Below, piece by piece: positions 7,910-18,305 of a DNA stretch of 33,777 bases. This DNA comes from an uncultured Clostridia bacterium. Lineage in GTDB: Bacteria > Bacillota > Clostridia > Oscillospirales > Oscillospiraceae. Location: contig CAMFZO010000001.1 of the NCBI GenBank assembly GCA_946006895.1, positions 1-33,777 of the forward strand. Reading direction: 5' to 3'. Each line of letters begins with the position of its first letter. Position 1 is the first letter of the stretch. Both the position numbers and the translations under genes were made by a program. A model generated the notes under the pieces. It did no database searches, had not been told where the DNA came from, and worked only from the letters and a program-made list of their open reading frames with translations.

Positions 7910-8031
7910 AAGTCGGTTGTGGGATATGAAGTGCGCTCGCATTGGATAAGCTGTGACTCTATGATAGCACGGCGGTGGCGCGAAATGTGTCGCAATCCGC
8001 CCCGGGAGAAAAAAAGAACGGAGGGTACGCT

Positions 8032-8949
8032 ATGGCGGCGAAAAAAACCGGACAGCGCCGCGGAGAAAAGCCCAAGTCCATGGCACCATACAGCTGGCTG
8101 ATCGCCCTGGTGCTCATCGCGCTTTACGGGCTGTATCTGCTGCTGAGCGGCGGTTTCGGCGGCGAAGCTGCCTCCGTACCGTCAGACGGCGGGGAGCTGC
8201 GGGTCCTGTTCGTTGACGTGGGACAGGCGGACGCGGCCCTGGTGACCTGCGGCGGGGAAAGCCTGCTCATCGACGGCGGCAACGTGGCCGACAGCAGCAC
8301 GGTCTACACCGTACTGAAGAAAAACAGCGTGACCCATCTGGATTACATCGTCTGTACTCATGCCCATGAAGACCATGTGGGCGGACTGTCAGGCGCCCTG
8401 GAGGCCTGCACGGCAGGTTCGGTCTACTGCCCGGTGACGGACTACGATTCCAAGGCGTTCCGGAATTTTTCCGACCGGGTGGCGGAACAGAATTGCGACC
8501 TGACCGTCCCAAAAGCAGGGGAGACCTTTGCCCTGGGTGGCGCGGAGGTGGAGATCCTGGCCTGTGACCCGGAGGCGGAGGACACCAACAACACCTCCAT
8601 CGTTCTGCGCGTGAGCTACGGCGCGACCTCCTTTTTGTTCATGGCCGACGCGGAAACGCCGGTGGAACGGGAGCTTCTGGACGCAGGCACGGACCTGAGC
8701 GCCACGGTTTTGAAGGTGGGCCACCACGGCAGCAGCACCTCCACCTCCTACCGCTTTTTAAACGAGGTCATGCCCGCCTACGCCGTGATCTCTGTCGGCA
8801 AGGACAATTCCTACGGTCACCCGGATGAGACTGTCCTCAGCCGCCTGGAGGACGCCGGTGCCAGGGTCCTGCGCACCGATGAACTGGGCGACATCCTGTT
8901 TGTCAGCGACGGCAGGACGGTCACCCTGCCACAGATCGACGGTACATAA
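8032..8949 (+). CDS. ComEC/Rec2-like metallo-beta-lactamase-fold hydrolase, membrane anchored
   Basis: DVGQAD, THAHEDHVGG, NNTSIV, LKVGHHGS and YGHP motifs; N-terminal TM; ATG 8032 behind ggaggg. Confidence 0.88.
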   Translation: MAAKKTGQRRGEKPKSMAPYSWLIALVLIALYGLYLLLSGGFGGEAASVPSDGGELRVLFVDVGQADAALVTCGGESLLIDGGNVADSSTVYTVLKKNSVTHLDYIVCTHAHEDHVGGLSGALEACTAGSVYCPVTDYDSKAFRNFSDRVAEQNCDLTVPKAGETFALGGAEVEILACDPEAEDTNNTSIVLRVSYGATSFLFMADAETPVERELLDAGTDLSATVLKVGHHGSSTSTSYRFLNEVMPAYAVISVGKDNSYGHPDETVLSRLEDAGARVLRTDELGDILFVSDGRTVTLPQIDGT

Positions 8950-9036
8950 CGCCGGGAAGATTTCCGGCAAGCGTCAGTGAGAAAGCCGGTGGCTTCACCG
9001 GCCGGAGATATATTTAAAATGAGGAGGAAAAAAAGT

Positions 9037-9543
9037 ATGCCATTTTGCAGACAATGCGGCATGGAGCTGAAGGAAGGCGTGCGTTTCTGCCCCGGCTGCG
9101 GCACACCCGTTGAGGAGCCTGCCCAGACGGCACAGCAGAACAGCACAAGCAAGGAAAACAGCTTTACCGCAGCCTTCAACACCGCCGATACCACTGCGCA
9201 GTATGACCCGGCGGACGTGGAGAAGAACAAGGCCATGGGCGTCTTAGCCTATCTGTCCTGGCTGGTGCTCATCCCGATCTTCGCCGCCAAGGATTCCAAG
9301 TTTGCCCGGTTCCACGCCAACCAGGGCCTTGTATTGCTCATTGCATCGGCCATCTTCGGCGTTGCCAGATGGATCCTGAGCGAGATTCTTTTTGCGATCT
9401 CCTGGAGGCTCTATTTTGTGACAATCATCATCAGCCTGCTGGGCCTGGTGTTTCTGGCGCTTGCCATCATCGGCATTGTCAATGCCGCTACGGGCAAAGC
9501 GAAAGAGTTACCCGTCATTGGCCAGATCCGCATTCTGAAATAA
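9037..9543 (+). CDS. zinc-ribbon plus DUF4870-like membrane protein
   Basis: FCRQCG...FCPGCG; LAYLSWLVLIP, FARFHANQGL, LPVIG; three TM segments; RBS gaggagg. Confidence 0.8.
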   Translation: MPFCRQCGMELKEGVRFCPGCGTPVEEPAQTAQQNSTSKENSFTAAFNTADTTAQYDPADVEKNKAMGVLAYLSWLVLIPIFAAKDSKFARFHANQGLVLLIASAIFGVARWILSEILFAISWRLYFVTIIISLLGLVFLALAIIGIVNAATGKAKELPVIGQIRILK

Positions 9544-9548
9544 AAAAC

Positions 9549-9581
9549 CGGAGCTGCTCTGTGATTTGCAGAGCAGCTCCG
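9549..9581. terminator. bidirectional terminator at the rplT end
   Basis: cggagctgctctg-tgatttg-cagagcagctccg, preceded by an A-run (U-tail on minus strand). Confidence 0.8.
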
Positions 9582-9594
9582 AATATTATTGAGA

Positions 9595-9948
9595 TTACTG
9601 TGCCTGCTTGGCGGTCTCGACCAGGGCAGAGAAAGCGGCGCTGTCGTTGATGGCCAGCTCGGACAGACTCTTGCGGTTCATTTCGATGCCGGCCTTCTTC
9701 AGACCGTTCATGAAACGGGAATAGTTGATGCCGTAGGGCTTGACGGCGGCGGAGATACGGGCGATCCACAGACGGCGGAAATCGCGCTTCTTCTGCTTGC
9801 GGCCGACATATGCATAAACACCGGACTTCTTGACAGCCTGCTTGGCCATCTTAAAGTGGGTGGACTTGGAACCCCAGTAGGACTTTGCCAGCTTCAGGAC
9901 TTTATTTCTTCTCTTGCGCGTCATCATCGCGCCTTTGATTCTTGCCAT
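9595..9948 (-). CDS. rplT: 50S ribosomal protein L20
   Basis: MARIKG...[13 protein letters not shown]...NRKSLSELA. Confidence 0.98.
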   Translation of the reverse strand: MARIKGAMMTRKRRNKVLKLAKSYWGSKSTHFKMAKQAVKKSGVYAYVGRKQKKRDFRRLWIARISAAVKPYGINYSRFMNGLKKAGIEMNRKSLSELAINDSAAFSALVETAKQAQ

Positions 9949-9968
9949 TTTACTATCCTCCTATCCGA

Positions 9969-10166
9969 TTACTTGTACGGGATCATCTTTTTGATGGCTT
10001 CCGTGTTGGTGACATCCGCGTAGGTCGTGCTTCTCAGGCGACGGCCGCGCTTGGTGTCCTTCTTGGTGAGGATATGGCTCTTGAAAGCGTGCGCTCTCTT
10101 GACCTTACCGGTCTTGGTGAGATTGAATCTCTTTTTTGCACCGCTGTGGGTCTTCAGTTTCGGCAT
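9969..10166 (-). CDS. rpmI: 50S ribosomal protein L35
   Basis: [14 protein letters not shown]...HILTKK; located between infC and rplT. Confidence 0.97.
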   Translation of the reverse strand: MPKLKTHSGAKKRFNLTKTGKVKRAHAFKSHILTKKDTKRGRRLRSTTYADVTNTEAIKKMIPYK

Positions 10167-10185
10167 GGGTACTTCTCCTTTTTCA

Positions 10186-10704
<519 letters not shown>

Positions 10705-10736
10705 GGTAAAGCACCCCATTACACAACTACAAACAG

Positions 10737-10855
10737 AAAAAAGCGGATGCCAACAGCACCCGCAACCGAAAAGCGCGCAGAAAGACACGCAGAGCTTTCG
10801 ATATGGAACCTCTTCGCAAAGCTGGAGGTGAGGACGCTGTCGACCTTCTTTGTTT
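10737..10855 (-). ncRNA. ribosomal protein L20 leader (attenuator)
   Basis: 5' UTR of infC-rpmI-rplT; cctcacct...aggt pairing followed by terminator gcgggtgc-tgttg-gcatccgc-tttttt, as in Firmicute L20 leaders. Boundaries approximate. Confidence 0.75.
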
Positions 10856-10864
10856 CGCCTGAAG

Positions 10865-10893
10865 ATTATAGCATGAATGTAAGCGGCTGTCAA
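10865..10893 (-). promoter_or_regulatory. consensus sigma-A promoter of the infC operon
   Basis: TTGACA(10893-10888)-17-TATAAT(10870-10865) with TGn extension. Confidence 0.9.
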
Positions 10894-10978
10894 GTATTAT
10901 TTACAGACTTTTTCTGCTATTTTTCCTTTTCAAACGGAGGAAAATGTGGTATGATGTCAGCAGAAAGGAGGAATTCCT

Positions 10979-11764
10979 GTGAAACGAATCCTATGTGTTC
11001 TGCTGGCCCTCTGTCTGCTTCTGGCGCTGACGGCCTGCCGGACGGAAAAAACGCCGGAGGTAACGTCCCAGCCTACGGAAACGCAAAGCCCCACGGAGCC
11101 TTCTGAGACGGAGGAACCGGCACAGACGACAGCGCCGGAGGAATCGACGGATGATACGCAAACACCGGATGCGCCTTCCGAGGACGACCAATGGGCCTAC
11201 AGCTATGCCGACGATATGGGAAGAATATGGGCCATGGGCTTTGCCAAGGTCACCAATGACACCGATTCCCCCATCCTGACCGAGTCCTGCACCTTCCGCT
11301 TCTGCGACGAGAGTGGCGCCGAGCTTTTTACGGCCAAGGATGTTTCCTGCTATCCTCAGGTCCTGAGGATTGGCGAGACCGGCTATTATTTTGAGATCGT
11401 GGAGACCGGCTTGGCGGAGGTGACGCCGCTGAAGCTCACCATGGAGGGCGGCGAACCCGTCACCTTCAAGGGCGGCATCCGCTATGAGACTGTCAATGTC
11501 AGCATGGTCAATTCGCCCTACGGCGGCATCCTGATCTCCGGCGAGGTTCGCAACTCCACGCCGGACACCGGCGAGCTGGTCTGCATTGCCGCTATTGTCT
11601 ATGACGCCGGGGACAGGCCCCTGTGTGTGCTGTCCACCATCCTGGGCGAGGCCCTTCCTGCCAACTCCCTGGCAGGCTTCTCACTGGAAAACTACGACCT
11701 GCCGCCTGAGCTGAATGTTTCCGAGGCCGCAAGCTTTGAGATTTTCGCCTATCCCGTGGCATGA
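10979..11764 (+). CDS. lipoprotein with T/E/P-rich linker and FxLYD-like domains
   Basis: Lipobox LTAC; GEVRN...AAIVYDAGDRPL resembles FxLYD; GTG start behind aggagg. Confidence 0.7.
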   Translation: MKRILCVLLALCLLLALTACRTEKTPEVTSQPTETQSPTEPSETEEPAQTTAPEESTDDTQTPDAPSEDDQWAYSYADDMGRIWAMGFAKVTNDTDSPILTESCTFRFCDESGAELFTAKDVSCYPQVLRIGETGYYFEIVETGLAEVTPLKLTMEGGEPVTFKGGIRYETVNVSMVNSPYGGILISGEVRNSTPDTGELVCIAAIVYDAGDRPLCVLSTILGEALPANSLAGFSLENYDLPPELNVSEAASFEIFAYPVA

Positions 11765-11791
11765 GCTTATCCAAAGGAGGTGCCCCAAGGC

Positions 11792-12559
11792 ATGAAAAAC
11801 AGACCCATTGCCGTGTTTGACTCCGGTCTTGGAGGCATCAGCGTGCTGCGAAAGCTGGTAGAGCAGATGCCGCAGGAGCATTTTCTCTATTTCGGCGACT
11901 CGAAAAACGCCCCCTACGGCAGCCGCGCCACGGAGAATATCCGCGCCCTGACCCTGAAAAATGCGGAGGCCCTCTTTGACCGTGGGGCCAAAGCACTGGT
12001 GGTGGCCTGCAATACCGCCACCTCCGCCGCCATCGACGCTCTGCGGGAACGCTACCCGGAGCGCATCATCGTCGGTATCGAACCGGCGCTGAAGCTGGCG
12101 GTCTCCCGCCATCCACAGGGCCGTATCCTGGTCATGGCCACCGACGCCACCCTGCGGGAGCATAAATTTGCTGCCCTGATGGACCGGTTTGCCGCCCAGT
12201 GCGACATCTGCAAATGTCCCTGCCCGGAGCTGGTGTCCTTTGTGGAGCGGGGCGAACTGACCGGCCCTGCGCTGGAGGAGACGCTATGCAGAGAGCTTGC
12301 GCCGTGTTTGCGGCCTGAGCCTGACGCGGTGGTTCTGGGCTGCACTCACTTCCCGTTCCTGCGGGAGACCATCCAACGCGTGGTGGGAGCTGGGCCGGAG
12401 CTTTTGGACGGCGCCGACGGCACGGCCAAGGAAGCGGAGCGCCGCCTGAAAGAGGCCGGACTGCTGCGGGAGCCGGGCCTTCCCGGCACTGTGGAGCTGA
12501 CCAACAGCCTCCAGACCGCAGAAATTTTGACCCTCTCGGAACGCCTGCTGGAAGAATAG
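11792..12559 (+). CDS. murI: glutamate racemase
   Basis: FDSGLGG, PYG, VACNTA, LGCTHFP; ATG 11792 behind aggaggt. Confidence 0.96.
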   Translation: MKNRPIAVFDSGLGGISVLRKLVEQMPQEHFLYFGDSKNAPYGSRATENIRALTLKNAEALFDRGAKALVVACNTATSAAIDALRERYPERIIVGIEPALKLAVSRHPQGRILVMATDATLREHKFAALMDRFAAQCDICKCPCPELVSFVERGELTGPALEETLCRELAPCLRPEPDAVVLGCTHFPFLRETIQRVVGAGPELLDGADGTAKEAERRLKEAGLLREPGLPGTVELTNSLQTAEILTLSERLLEE

Positions 12560-12572
12560 AATCATCAAGAAA

Positions 12573-12611
12573 GCCCCGGAGCGACCGGCAGTCTGCCGTG
12601 CGTTCCGGGGC
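12573..12611. terminator. bidirectional terminator
   Basis: gccccggagcg-ac-cggcag-t-ctgccg-tg-cgttccggggc between convergent murI and the transporter gene. Confidence 0.75.
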
Positions 12612-12628
12612 ATTTTGCTGTTATACAT

Positions 12629-13561
12629 TTACAGAAGACCGGCAGGGAGCAGACCGCTGACCAGATGAACAGCCAGACCTGCCAGGACACTCAGACCGTA
12701 GAGGACGCCGATCACGGCGATGTTCTCCTTGTGGTTCTTGTTGGTGCGCAGCAGAACCAGCAGGCCGATACCGGCGTTGGAGAGCAGCCCCGCGAACAGA
12801 CTGCCGGGACCGAGGACGCCGCTGAGATAGGATTCGGTGATGACCACGGACACGGAGCAGTTGGGGATCAGGCCGAAGAGACCGACAATCAGCTCGCCCA
12901 GGACGGGTTTGCTCAAAACGGTGCCGGAGAGCCGCTCCACGCCGATAAAGGTGAACAGCAGATTCAGAGCAAAGTTGACCACTACCAGCATGACCGCGAT
13001 CTTCAGGGTGTGCTTCAGCGCCGAGACAAAGACGTTGCCCTCCTCGTCGTCGCAGGCGCAGTGCTCCCGGGCGCAGAAGCTGTGAATGTCCTTCTGTGAG
13101 CGGATGAAACGGTGCAGGATCAGATCGGCCAGGTAGCCCAGGACAATACCCATGGCTGCCTTGGAAAGGACAATGAGCAGGAGCCTGCCCAGACCCACAT
13201 CGGAGAGGTGGGAGAGCATGATGGGCAGCATCTCGTCGGAGGTAGCGAAAAAGACAGCCAGCATGGTGCCGACGGTGATGGAGCCGGTGGAAAAGAGAGT
13301 GGCGGCGGCACCGGAAATGCCGCACTGGGGCACGATGCCCAGAATACCGCCCAGGGCAGGACCGGCCTTGCGGGAATAGCCGTGGAGGATCCCCTCATTA
13401 AAGCGCCGGCTGCGTTCCAGCAGCTCCATGAGCAGATAGGCGATGAACAGGACCGGGATGCTCCAAAGGCCGTCTGTCAGGCCGTCCAGCGCGGCGTCGC
13501 CCACCTGGGACCAGAAGCCGCCGTGGCTTTGTCCGGCGGTATGCAGCAGAAGATTTGTCAA
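12629..13561 (-). CDS. putative manganese/metal transporter (DUF2899-like multi-TM permease)
   Basis: LGIVPQCG, GTMLAVFFATSDEM and FGLIPNC motifs; His/Cys loop HSFCAREHCAC; TTG start behind aaggag. Confidence 0.75.
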   Translation of the reverse strand: MTNLLLHTAGQSHGGFWSQVGDAALDGLTDGLWSIPVLFIAYLLMELLERSRRFNEGILHGYSRKAGPALGGILGIVPQCGISGAAATLFSTGSITVGTMLAVFFATSDEMLPIMLSHLSDVGLGRLLLIVLSKAAMGIVLGYLADLILHRFIRSQKDIHSFCAREHCACDDEEGNVFVSALKHTLKIAVMLVVVNFALNLLFTFIGVERLSGTVLSKPVLGELIVGLFGLIPNCSVSVVITESYLSGVLGPGSLFAGLLSNAGIGLLVLLRTNKNHKENIAVIGVLYGLSVLAGLAVHLVSGLLPAGLL

Positions 13562-13586
13562 ATTCGTAAGCTCCTTTGCGGTAAGT

Positions 13587-14603
13587 TTAATCGGCGATCA
13601 GGGGCCGAAGCACGGCCTGCTCCTCAAAGCGCGTGTCGCGGGAATTGGTGATGAACACGATCTCCCGCAGGGTCTGAGGCTCGGAATAGAGCTGGACATA
13701 ATGCTCCACCCGGCTGCCGGCCACGTCGTTGATGTAGATCCTGCCGGTGCAGGTGGAGACGGGGAAGTCCTCCGCGTCGGTGACGAAGGAGAGGACCGTG
13801 CTGCTGTTGGCAAAAAAGGAGGTGAGCTGGGAGGCAGCGTCGGCGATAATATCCGTCTTGCTCTTCTCCGAGCTGTAGGAGATGCTGGTGGTGTCGGGGA
13901 AACGGAAATGGGAAAAGGCAATCTCATGGAAGCCCCGGTTGGCCAGCTCCCGGGCGATCTGCATCAGGAAGGACTGCACGTTCTCATTGGCCGGATCCAG
14001 CCAGTAGCAGCCGCTTTCATCCATCCACAGGGCGCCGCTGGACAGGGGAAGGCCACAGGACTGATGATCCAGCGCGAACACCGGGTCAGTGAAGGCAGGG
14101 ATCTCCGCGATGAGGTAAAAACCGTTGTCTGAAAGGTAGGAGATCATCTCGTCGATGACGGAAACGGCCACATCCGCTTTCGGCGCACCGGCGATGGAGG
14201 AGGAATAATAGAAGTTGCCGAAGATGCTTTTAAGCTGGATCATGACGGCACAGGGCTCCTGAATGGCCTTAATCTCCTCGAATACCGTCTCCGGCTTTTG
14301 CAGCATGGCCGTGGTGATGTAATAGCCGCCCATCTCCTGGATGGACTTCTCCACCGGTGCGCCCTGACTGTAGACGATCTGCGGGTTCTCTACCACAGGG
14401 CGTATCTGAGACTCGGCGGGGACGGAGGCTTCCGACGTTTCCTGGGAGAGACTCAGATGGGCACCGTCCCGGTCGTAGAGGATGTATGGCTCTAAATAGA
14501 TGGTCATGACGATGCTGAGCACCAGCAGGCAGCCTGCCAGGATCAGGAGGGCGCGCAGGAGCTTTTTCAGCCGTATTTTATTGCGGTAAGAGATTCGTGC
14601 CAT
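13587..14603 (-). CDS. membrane-anchored putative glycoside hydrolase (DUF4015-like)
   Basis: N-terminal TM; GFYLIAEIPAFTDP, WLDPAN...IARELA..GF.EI.F..FRFP pattern. Confidence 0.65.
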   Translation of the reverse strand: MARISYRNKIRLKKLLRALLILAGCLLVLSIVMTIYLEPYILYDRDGAHLSLSQETSEASVPAESQIRPVVENPQIVYSQGAPVEKSIQEMGGYYITTAMLQKPETVFEEIKAIQEPCAVMIQLKSIFGNFYYSSSIAGAPKADVAVSVIDEMISYLSDNGFYLIAEIPAFTDPVFALDHQSCGLPLSSGALWMDESGCYWLDPANENVQSFLMQIARELANRGFHEIAFSHFRFPDTTSISYSSEKSKTDIIADAASQLTSFFANSSTVLSFVTDAEDFPVSTCTGRIYINDVAGSRVEHYVQLYSEPQTLREIVFITNSRDTRFEEQAVLRPLIAD

Positions 14604-14647
14604 AACGCGGCCTCCTTACAGAATGATTTGCGGGAACGGACGGAAAT

Positions 14648-15631
14648 CTACCGGGCATCCGCATCGGTGCAGCGGGCCAAAAGGCAGCACCATTCGTCCT
14701 TGTGGCGGCTTTCCGTAACGCGCAAGCCGGCCTGTTCGATGGCCCGCCGGACCTCGGACTCCCGTTCGTTCAGGATGCCGGAGCAGAGGAAGGTCGCTCC
14801 GGGGCGTAAAAACCGGGGAATGACGGGCATGAGCTGCACCAGGACACCGGCAACGATGTTGGCGCAGACGATGTCATAGCCGCCCCGGGTCAGTTCCTCC
14901 ATCCGGCTGCGGTCGGTGATAACGTCGCCGGTGCAGGCGCGAAAACGGGTCTCGTCAAAGCCGTTTCGCAGGGCATTTTCCCGGGCGATATGCTCCGCTG
15001 CCGGATCAATGTCGATGCCCACGGCGCTTCCCGCGCCAAGACGCAGGGCGCAGATGGACAAAATACCGCTGCCGCTGCCCAGATCGGCGACCCGTTCGCC
15101 GCCGTGGATCAGCGTTTCCAGGGCGCACATACACATACTGGTGGAGGCATGGGCGCCGGTGCCGAAAGCCAGACCCAGGTCGAGCAGCACCGGCAGACGG
15201 CCCTGCAGGTCGTCCACCGTCATCCACTGGGGAACGACCAGGAGCTTTTCTCCCACGGGCAGGGGACGGTAGTTCTGCTTCCAGGAGTTTTCCCAATCCT
15301 CCCCGGGGATCGTCTCCAGCTTCAATGTCAACGGGCCAAAGTCGCAGACGGGATAGCGGGCGGGAAGCCCGGCAAGCAGCTCACGCAGGCGGATCAGCTC
15401 GGTTTCCGCCGACGGCTCCTCCAGATACAGCCGCACCTGGGACAGGCCCTCCATGCGCTTGCGCAGGTCATTGTCCACATAATCCCAATATTGCTGAGAG
15501 GTCTCCAGAAATTCCAGAAATTCCTCATCGTCATCGATCATCAGGCTGTCAAAGCCCGCCTCGCTCAGCTCCGCGCAGAGCAGCTCCACGCCGCAGGACA
15601 CGGTGCGGATCGTCACTTCCAACCACTGCAT
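14648..15631 (-). CDS. prmA: 50S ribosomal protein L11 methyltransferase
   Basis: EDWENSWKQ, AFGTGAHAST, DLGSGSGIL, ANI and SGI motifs. Confidence 0.95.
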   Translation of the reverse strand: MQWLEVTIRTVSCGVELLCAELSEAGFDSLMIDDDEEFLEFLETSQQYWDYVDNDLRKRMEGLSQVRLYLEEPSAETELIRLRELLAGLPARYPVCDFGPLTLKLETIPGEDWENSWKQNYRPLPVGEKLLVVPQWMTVDDLQGRLPVLLDLGLAFGTGAHASTSMCMCALETLIHGGERVADLGSGSGILSICALRLGAGSAVGIDIDPAAEHIARENALRNGFDETRFRACTGDVITDRSRMEELTRGGYDIVCANIVAGVLVQLMPVIPRFLRPGATFLCSGILNERESEVRRAIEQAGLRVTESRHKDEWCCLLARCTDADAR

Positions 15632-15759
15632 TGCAAACGCCTCCTACACTATCTTTTCTATTCTACTAAATTCTGCGCCGAATAACAAGCCAAAAATTCT
15701 TTTCCTCTTTTATTTTCCTGAAAATCGTGTATAATGGAAAAAGCGAAAGGAGAAATCCC

Positions 15760-17025
15760 ATGACAGAAAACATTGTTCTCGCCCCGGGTGTGACCCTGCG
15801 GGCGATGCAGACCGATAAATTCAAGACCGCCTGCTTCAGCGTCAATTTTCTGCGGCCCCACTGCGCCGAGGACGCGGCGGCGGACGCCCTCCTGCCCAGC
15901 GTACTGCTCCGCGCCACGGAGCGGTATCCGGACATCCGGAGCATTTCCGTCCGCCTGGACGAGCTTTACGGTGCCACCTTTGGCACCCTCCTGCGCCGCA
16001 AGGGCGAGGTGAAGCTCGTGGGCTTCTACGCCGACTTCATCGAGGAGGCCTTTTTGCCCGGGGGCGAGGAGGTCTTTGTTCCCATGTCGGAGTTTTTGGA
16101 GCAGGTCCTCTACCATCCTCTGACGGAAAACGGCATTTTCACCGCCCGGGCCGTGGAGGGGGAGAAGCAGAACCTTATCAACGCCATTGAATCGGAGCTG
16201 AATGACAAGCGCACCTACGCGGTGACCAAAATGCTGCGGACCATGTGCGCGGGAGAAGCCTACGGGGTGCCGCGCCTGGGCGACACGCAGAATGTGGACG
16301 CCATCACGCCGGAGAGCCTTTGGGCCCACTATCAGAAGGTCCTGACGACCTCCCGGGTGGAGATCTTCTACGCCGGACGGAGAAGTCCTCAGGAAGCGGC
16401 GGCCATACTCTCCCGCGTGTTTGCCGGCCACGGCTGCCTGTCACCCGTTTCGGCCCGGACGGAGGTCATCCGCCGTGCGGACACGGTGCGGGAATTCTCT
16501 GAGGCCATGGACGTGACCCAGGGCAAGCTGGTCCTGGGTCTGCGGACGGGTGTCACCGTGTCCGAACCGGAATTTCCCGCCCTGCTGCTGCTCAACGCCG
16601 TCTTCGGCGGCAGTATGAACAGCAAGCTGTTCCGCAATGTCCGGGAGAAGCTGTCTTTGTGCTACTACGCCAATTCCAGCATCGAAAGCTACAAGGGCGT
16701 CATGGTGGTCTCCTCCGGCATAGCCTTTGAAAACTACGAAACGGCGAAAACGGCGATCCTCCGCGAGCTGGAGGCCTGCCAACAGGGCGACATCACGCCG
16801 GAGGAGCTGGAGATCTCACGCCGCCTGGTGCTTTCGTCCCTGCGTATGTCCATGGACTCGCCGGTGCAGCTGGACGAATACTACATCGGCGCCGCAACGG
16901 CGCCCCGGGACGACCTGCCCGTGCTGATGGAGAAGATCTCCACCCTCACGGTGGAGGATCTCCGCCGCGCAGCCCAGCGTCTCACGCCGGATACGATCTT
17001 TTTCCTCAAGGGGGTGCAGGGATGA
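15760..17025 (+). CDS. ymfF: M16 family peptidase-like, non-catalytic subunit (YmfF-like)
   Basis: TDKFKT, LDELYGA, QGKLVLG, SKLFRNVREKLSLCYYA; no HxxEH; ATG 15760 behind aaggag. Confidence 0.85.
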   Translation: MTENIVLAPGVTLRAMQTDKFKTACFSVNFLRPHCAEDAAADALLPSVLLRATERYPDIRSISVRLDELYGATFGTLLRRKGEVKLVGFYADFIEEAFLPGGEEVFVPMSEFLEQVLYHPLTENGIFTARAVEGEKQNLINAIESELNDKRTYAVTKMLRTMCAGEAYGVPRLGDTQNVDAITPESLWAHYQKVLTTSRVEIFYAGRRSPQEAAAILSRVFAGHGCLSPVSARTEVIRRADTVREFSEAMDVTQGKLVLGLRTGVTVSEPEFPALLLLNAVFGGSMNSKLFRNVREKLSLCYYANSSIESYKGVMVVSSGIAFENYETAKTAILRELEACQQGDITPEELEISRRLVLSSLRMSMDSPVQLDEYYIGAATAPRDDLPVLMEKISTLTVEDLRRAAQRLTPDTIFFLKGVQG

Positions 17026-18293
17026 ACTATGTTGCCTTTCCCCGGATCGGCGAGGGCTATTTTGAGGCCCGTCTGCCCAACGGCATGCTGATCCGCGTGG
17101 TACCCAAGCGGGGGTTTGCCCAGAAATACGCGTTTGTCGGTGTGGACTTCGGCTCCATCGACACGGCTTTCACCCTTGACGGCAGGGGCTGCCGGGTGCC
17201 CGACGGCATTGCCCACTATCTGGAGCATAAAATGTTTGACCTGCCTGACGGCAACGCCATGGACGGCTTTGCCCGCACCGGCGCCAACTGCAACGCCTTT
17301 ACCAGCTATTCCATGACGGCCTATTATTTTTCCTGCACCGAGAGCTTTGAGGAGAATCTCAGCCTCCTGCTGCGGATGGTCACAACGCCCTGTTTCACCG
17401 CCGAGAGCGTGGAAAAGGAGCGGGGCATCATCGCCCAGGAGATCCGTATGTATGAGGACAGCCCCGAGACCCAGGTGTCGGAAAACCTGTTCGCCGCCCT
17501 CTACGCAGAGCACCCCGTCCGCAAGCCCATTGCAGGCACGGTGGAGAGCATCGGCACCATCACGCCGGAGCTGCTCTACGACTGCTTCCGGGCCTTTTAC
17601 CGGCCCTCCAATATGCTCCTGTGCGTGGTCGGCGACGTGGACGCCGAGAAGGTGGCGGAGCTTGCCGCCGCAGTGACCGGCGGAGAAATGCAGACGCCTC
17701 CCCGGCGGGACTACGGCAAAAAGGAGGCCATGATGCCGGCACAGGCGTCCGTCAGCCGCACTATGGAGGTCTCCATGCCCACCTTTGCCATCGGCTTTAA
17801 GTGTGAACCGGCAGAAACCGGCCTGGAGGCCATGCGCCGGGAGATCATCGGCGATCTGGCGGCGGAGATCCTGGTGGGAGAATCCTCGGCCCTCTATCAG
17901 CGGCTCTATGAGGACGGCCTTATCGACGCCGGATTTTCCGCCGGCTACGAGAGCGTCAAGGATGCCTGCCAGCTTTCCGCCAGCGGCGACAGCGACGAGC
18001 CGGAGCAGGTCCTGGAGGCCATTTTGCAGGAGGCTGAGCGCATCCGGCAGGAGGGCTTTGAAGAAGAGCTGTTCCGCCGCCTGAAAAAATCTTCTCTGGG
18101 CAGACGCACCAGAGACCTTGACAGCTTCGAGAGTATCTGTTATCGTATTTGTGCATATCATTTTGACGGCGCGGACTATTTCCGCTTCCCGGAAGCCTAT
18201 GCTTCCGTCACACCGGCAGACGTGAGTGATTTTCTGGTCAGGACGGTCTGCCGGGAGCGGGCGGTGCTGTCCGTGGTCCATCCAAAGAGATAG
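17022..18293 (+). CDS. ymfH: M16 family metallopeptidase (YmfH-like)
   Basis: PDGIAHYLEHKMF (HxxEH), NAFTS, EKERGIIAQEI.MY.D; ATGA overlap with the upstream gene. Confidence 0.9.
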   Translation: MNYVAFPRIGEGYFEARLPNGMLIRVVPKRGFAQKYAFVGVDFGSIDTAFTLDGRGCRVPDGIAHYLEHKMFDLPDGNAMDGFARTGANCNAFTSYSMTAYYFSCTESFEENLSLLLRMVTTPCFTAESVEKERGIIAQEIRMYEDSPETQVSENLFAALYAEHPVRKPIAGTVESIGTITPELLYDCFRAFYRPSNMLLCVVGDVDAEKVAELAAAVTGGEMQTPPRRDYGKKEAMMPAQASVSRTMEVSMPTFAIGFKCEPAETGLEAMRREIIGDLAAEILVGESSALYQRLYEDGLIDAGFSAGYESVKDACQLSASGDSDEPEQVLEAILQEAERIRQEGFEEELFRRLKKSSLGRRTRDLDSFESICYRICAYHFDGADYFRFPEAYASVTPADVSDFLVRTVCRERAVLSVVHPKR

Positions 18294-18305
18294 GAGGGAG
18301 CTTCC

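Noticed and set aside
7773-8031. Lysine riboswitch upstream of the aspartate kinase
   Set aside because: Conserved lysine-riboswitch motifs and the roughly 170-nt architecture are not visible.
8032-8949. Beta-lactamase or full ComEC DNA channel
   Set aside because: Only the ComEC-type MBL domain with one TM is present; no competence membrane domain, and it is unlinked to the blaI-like genes.
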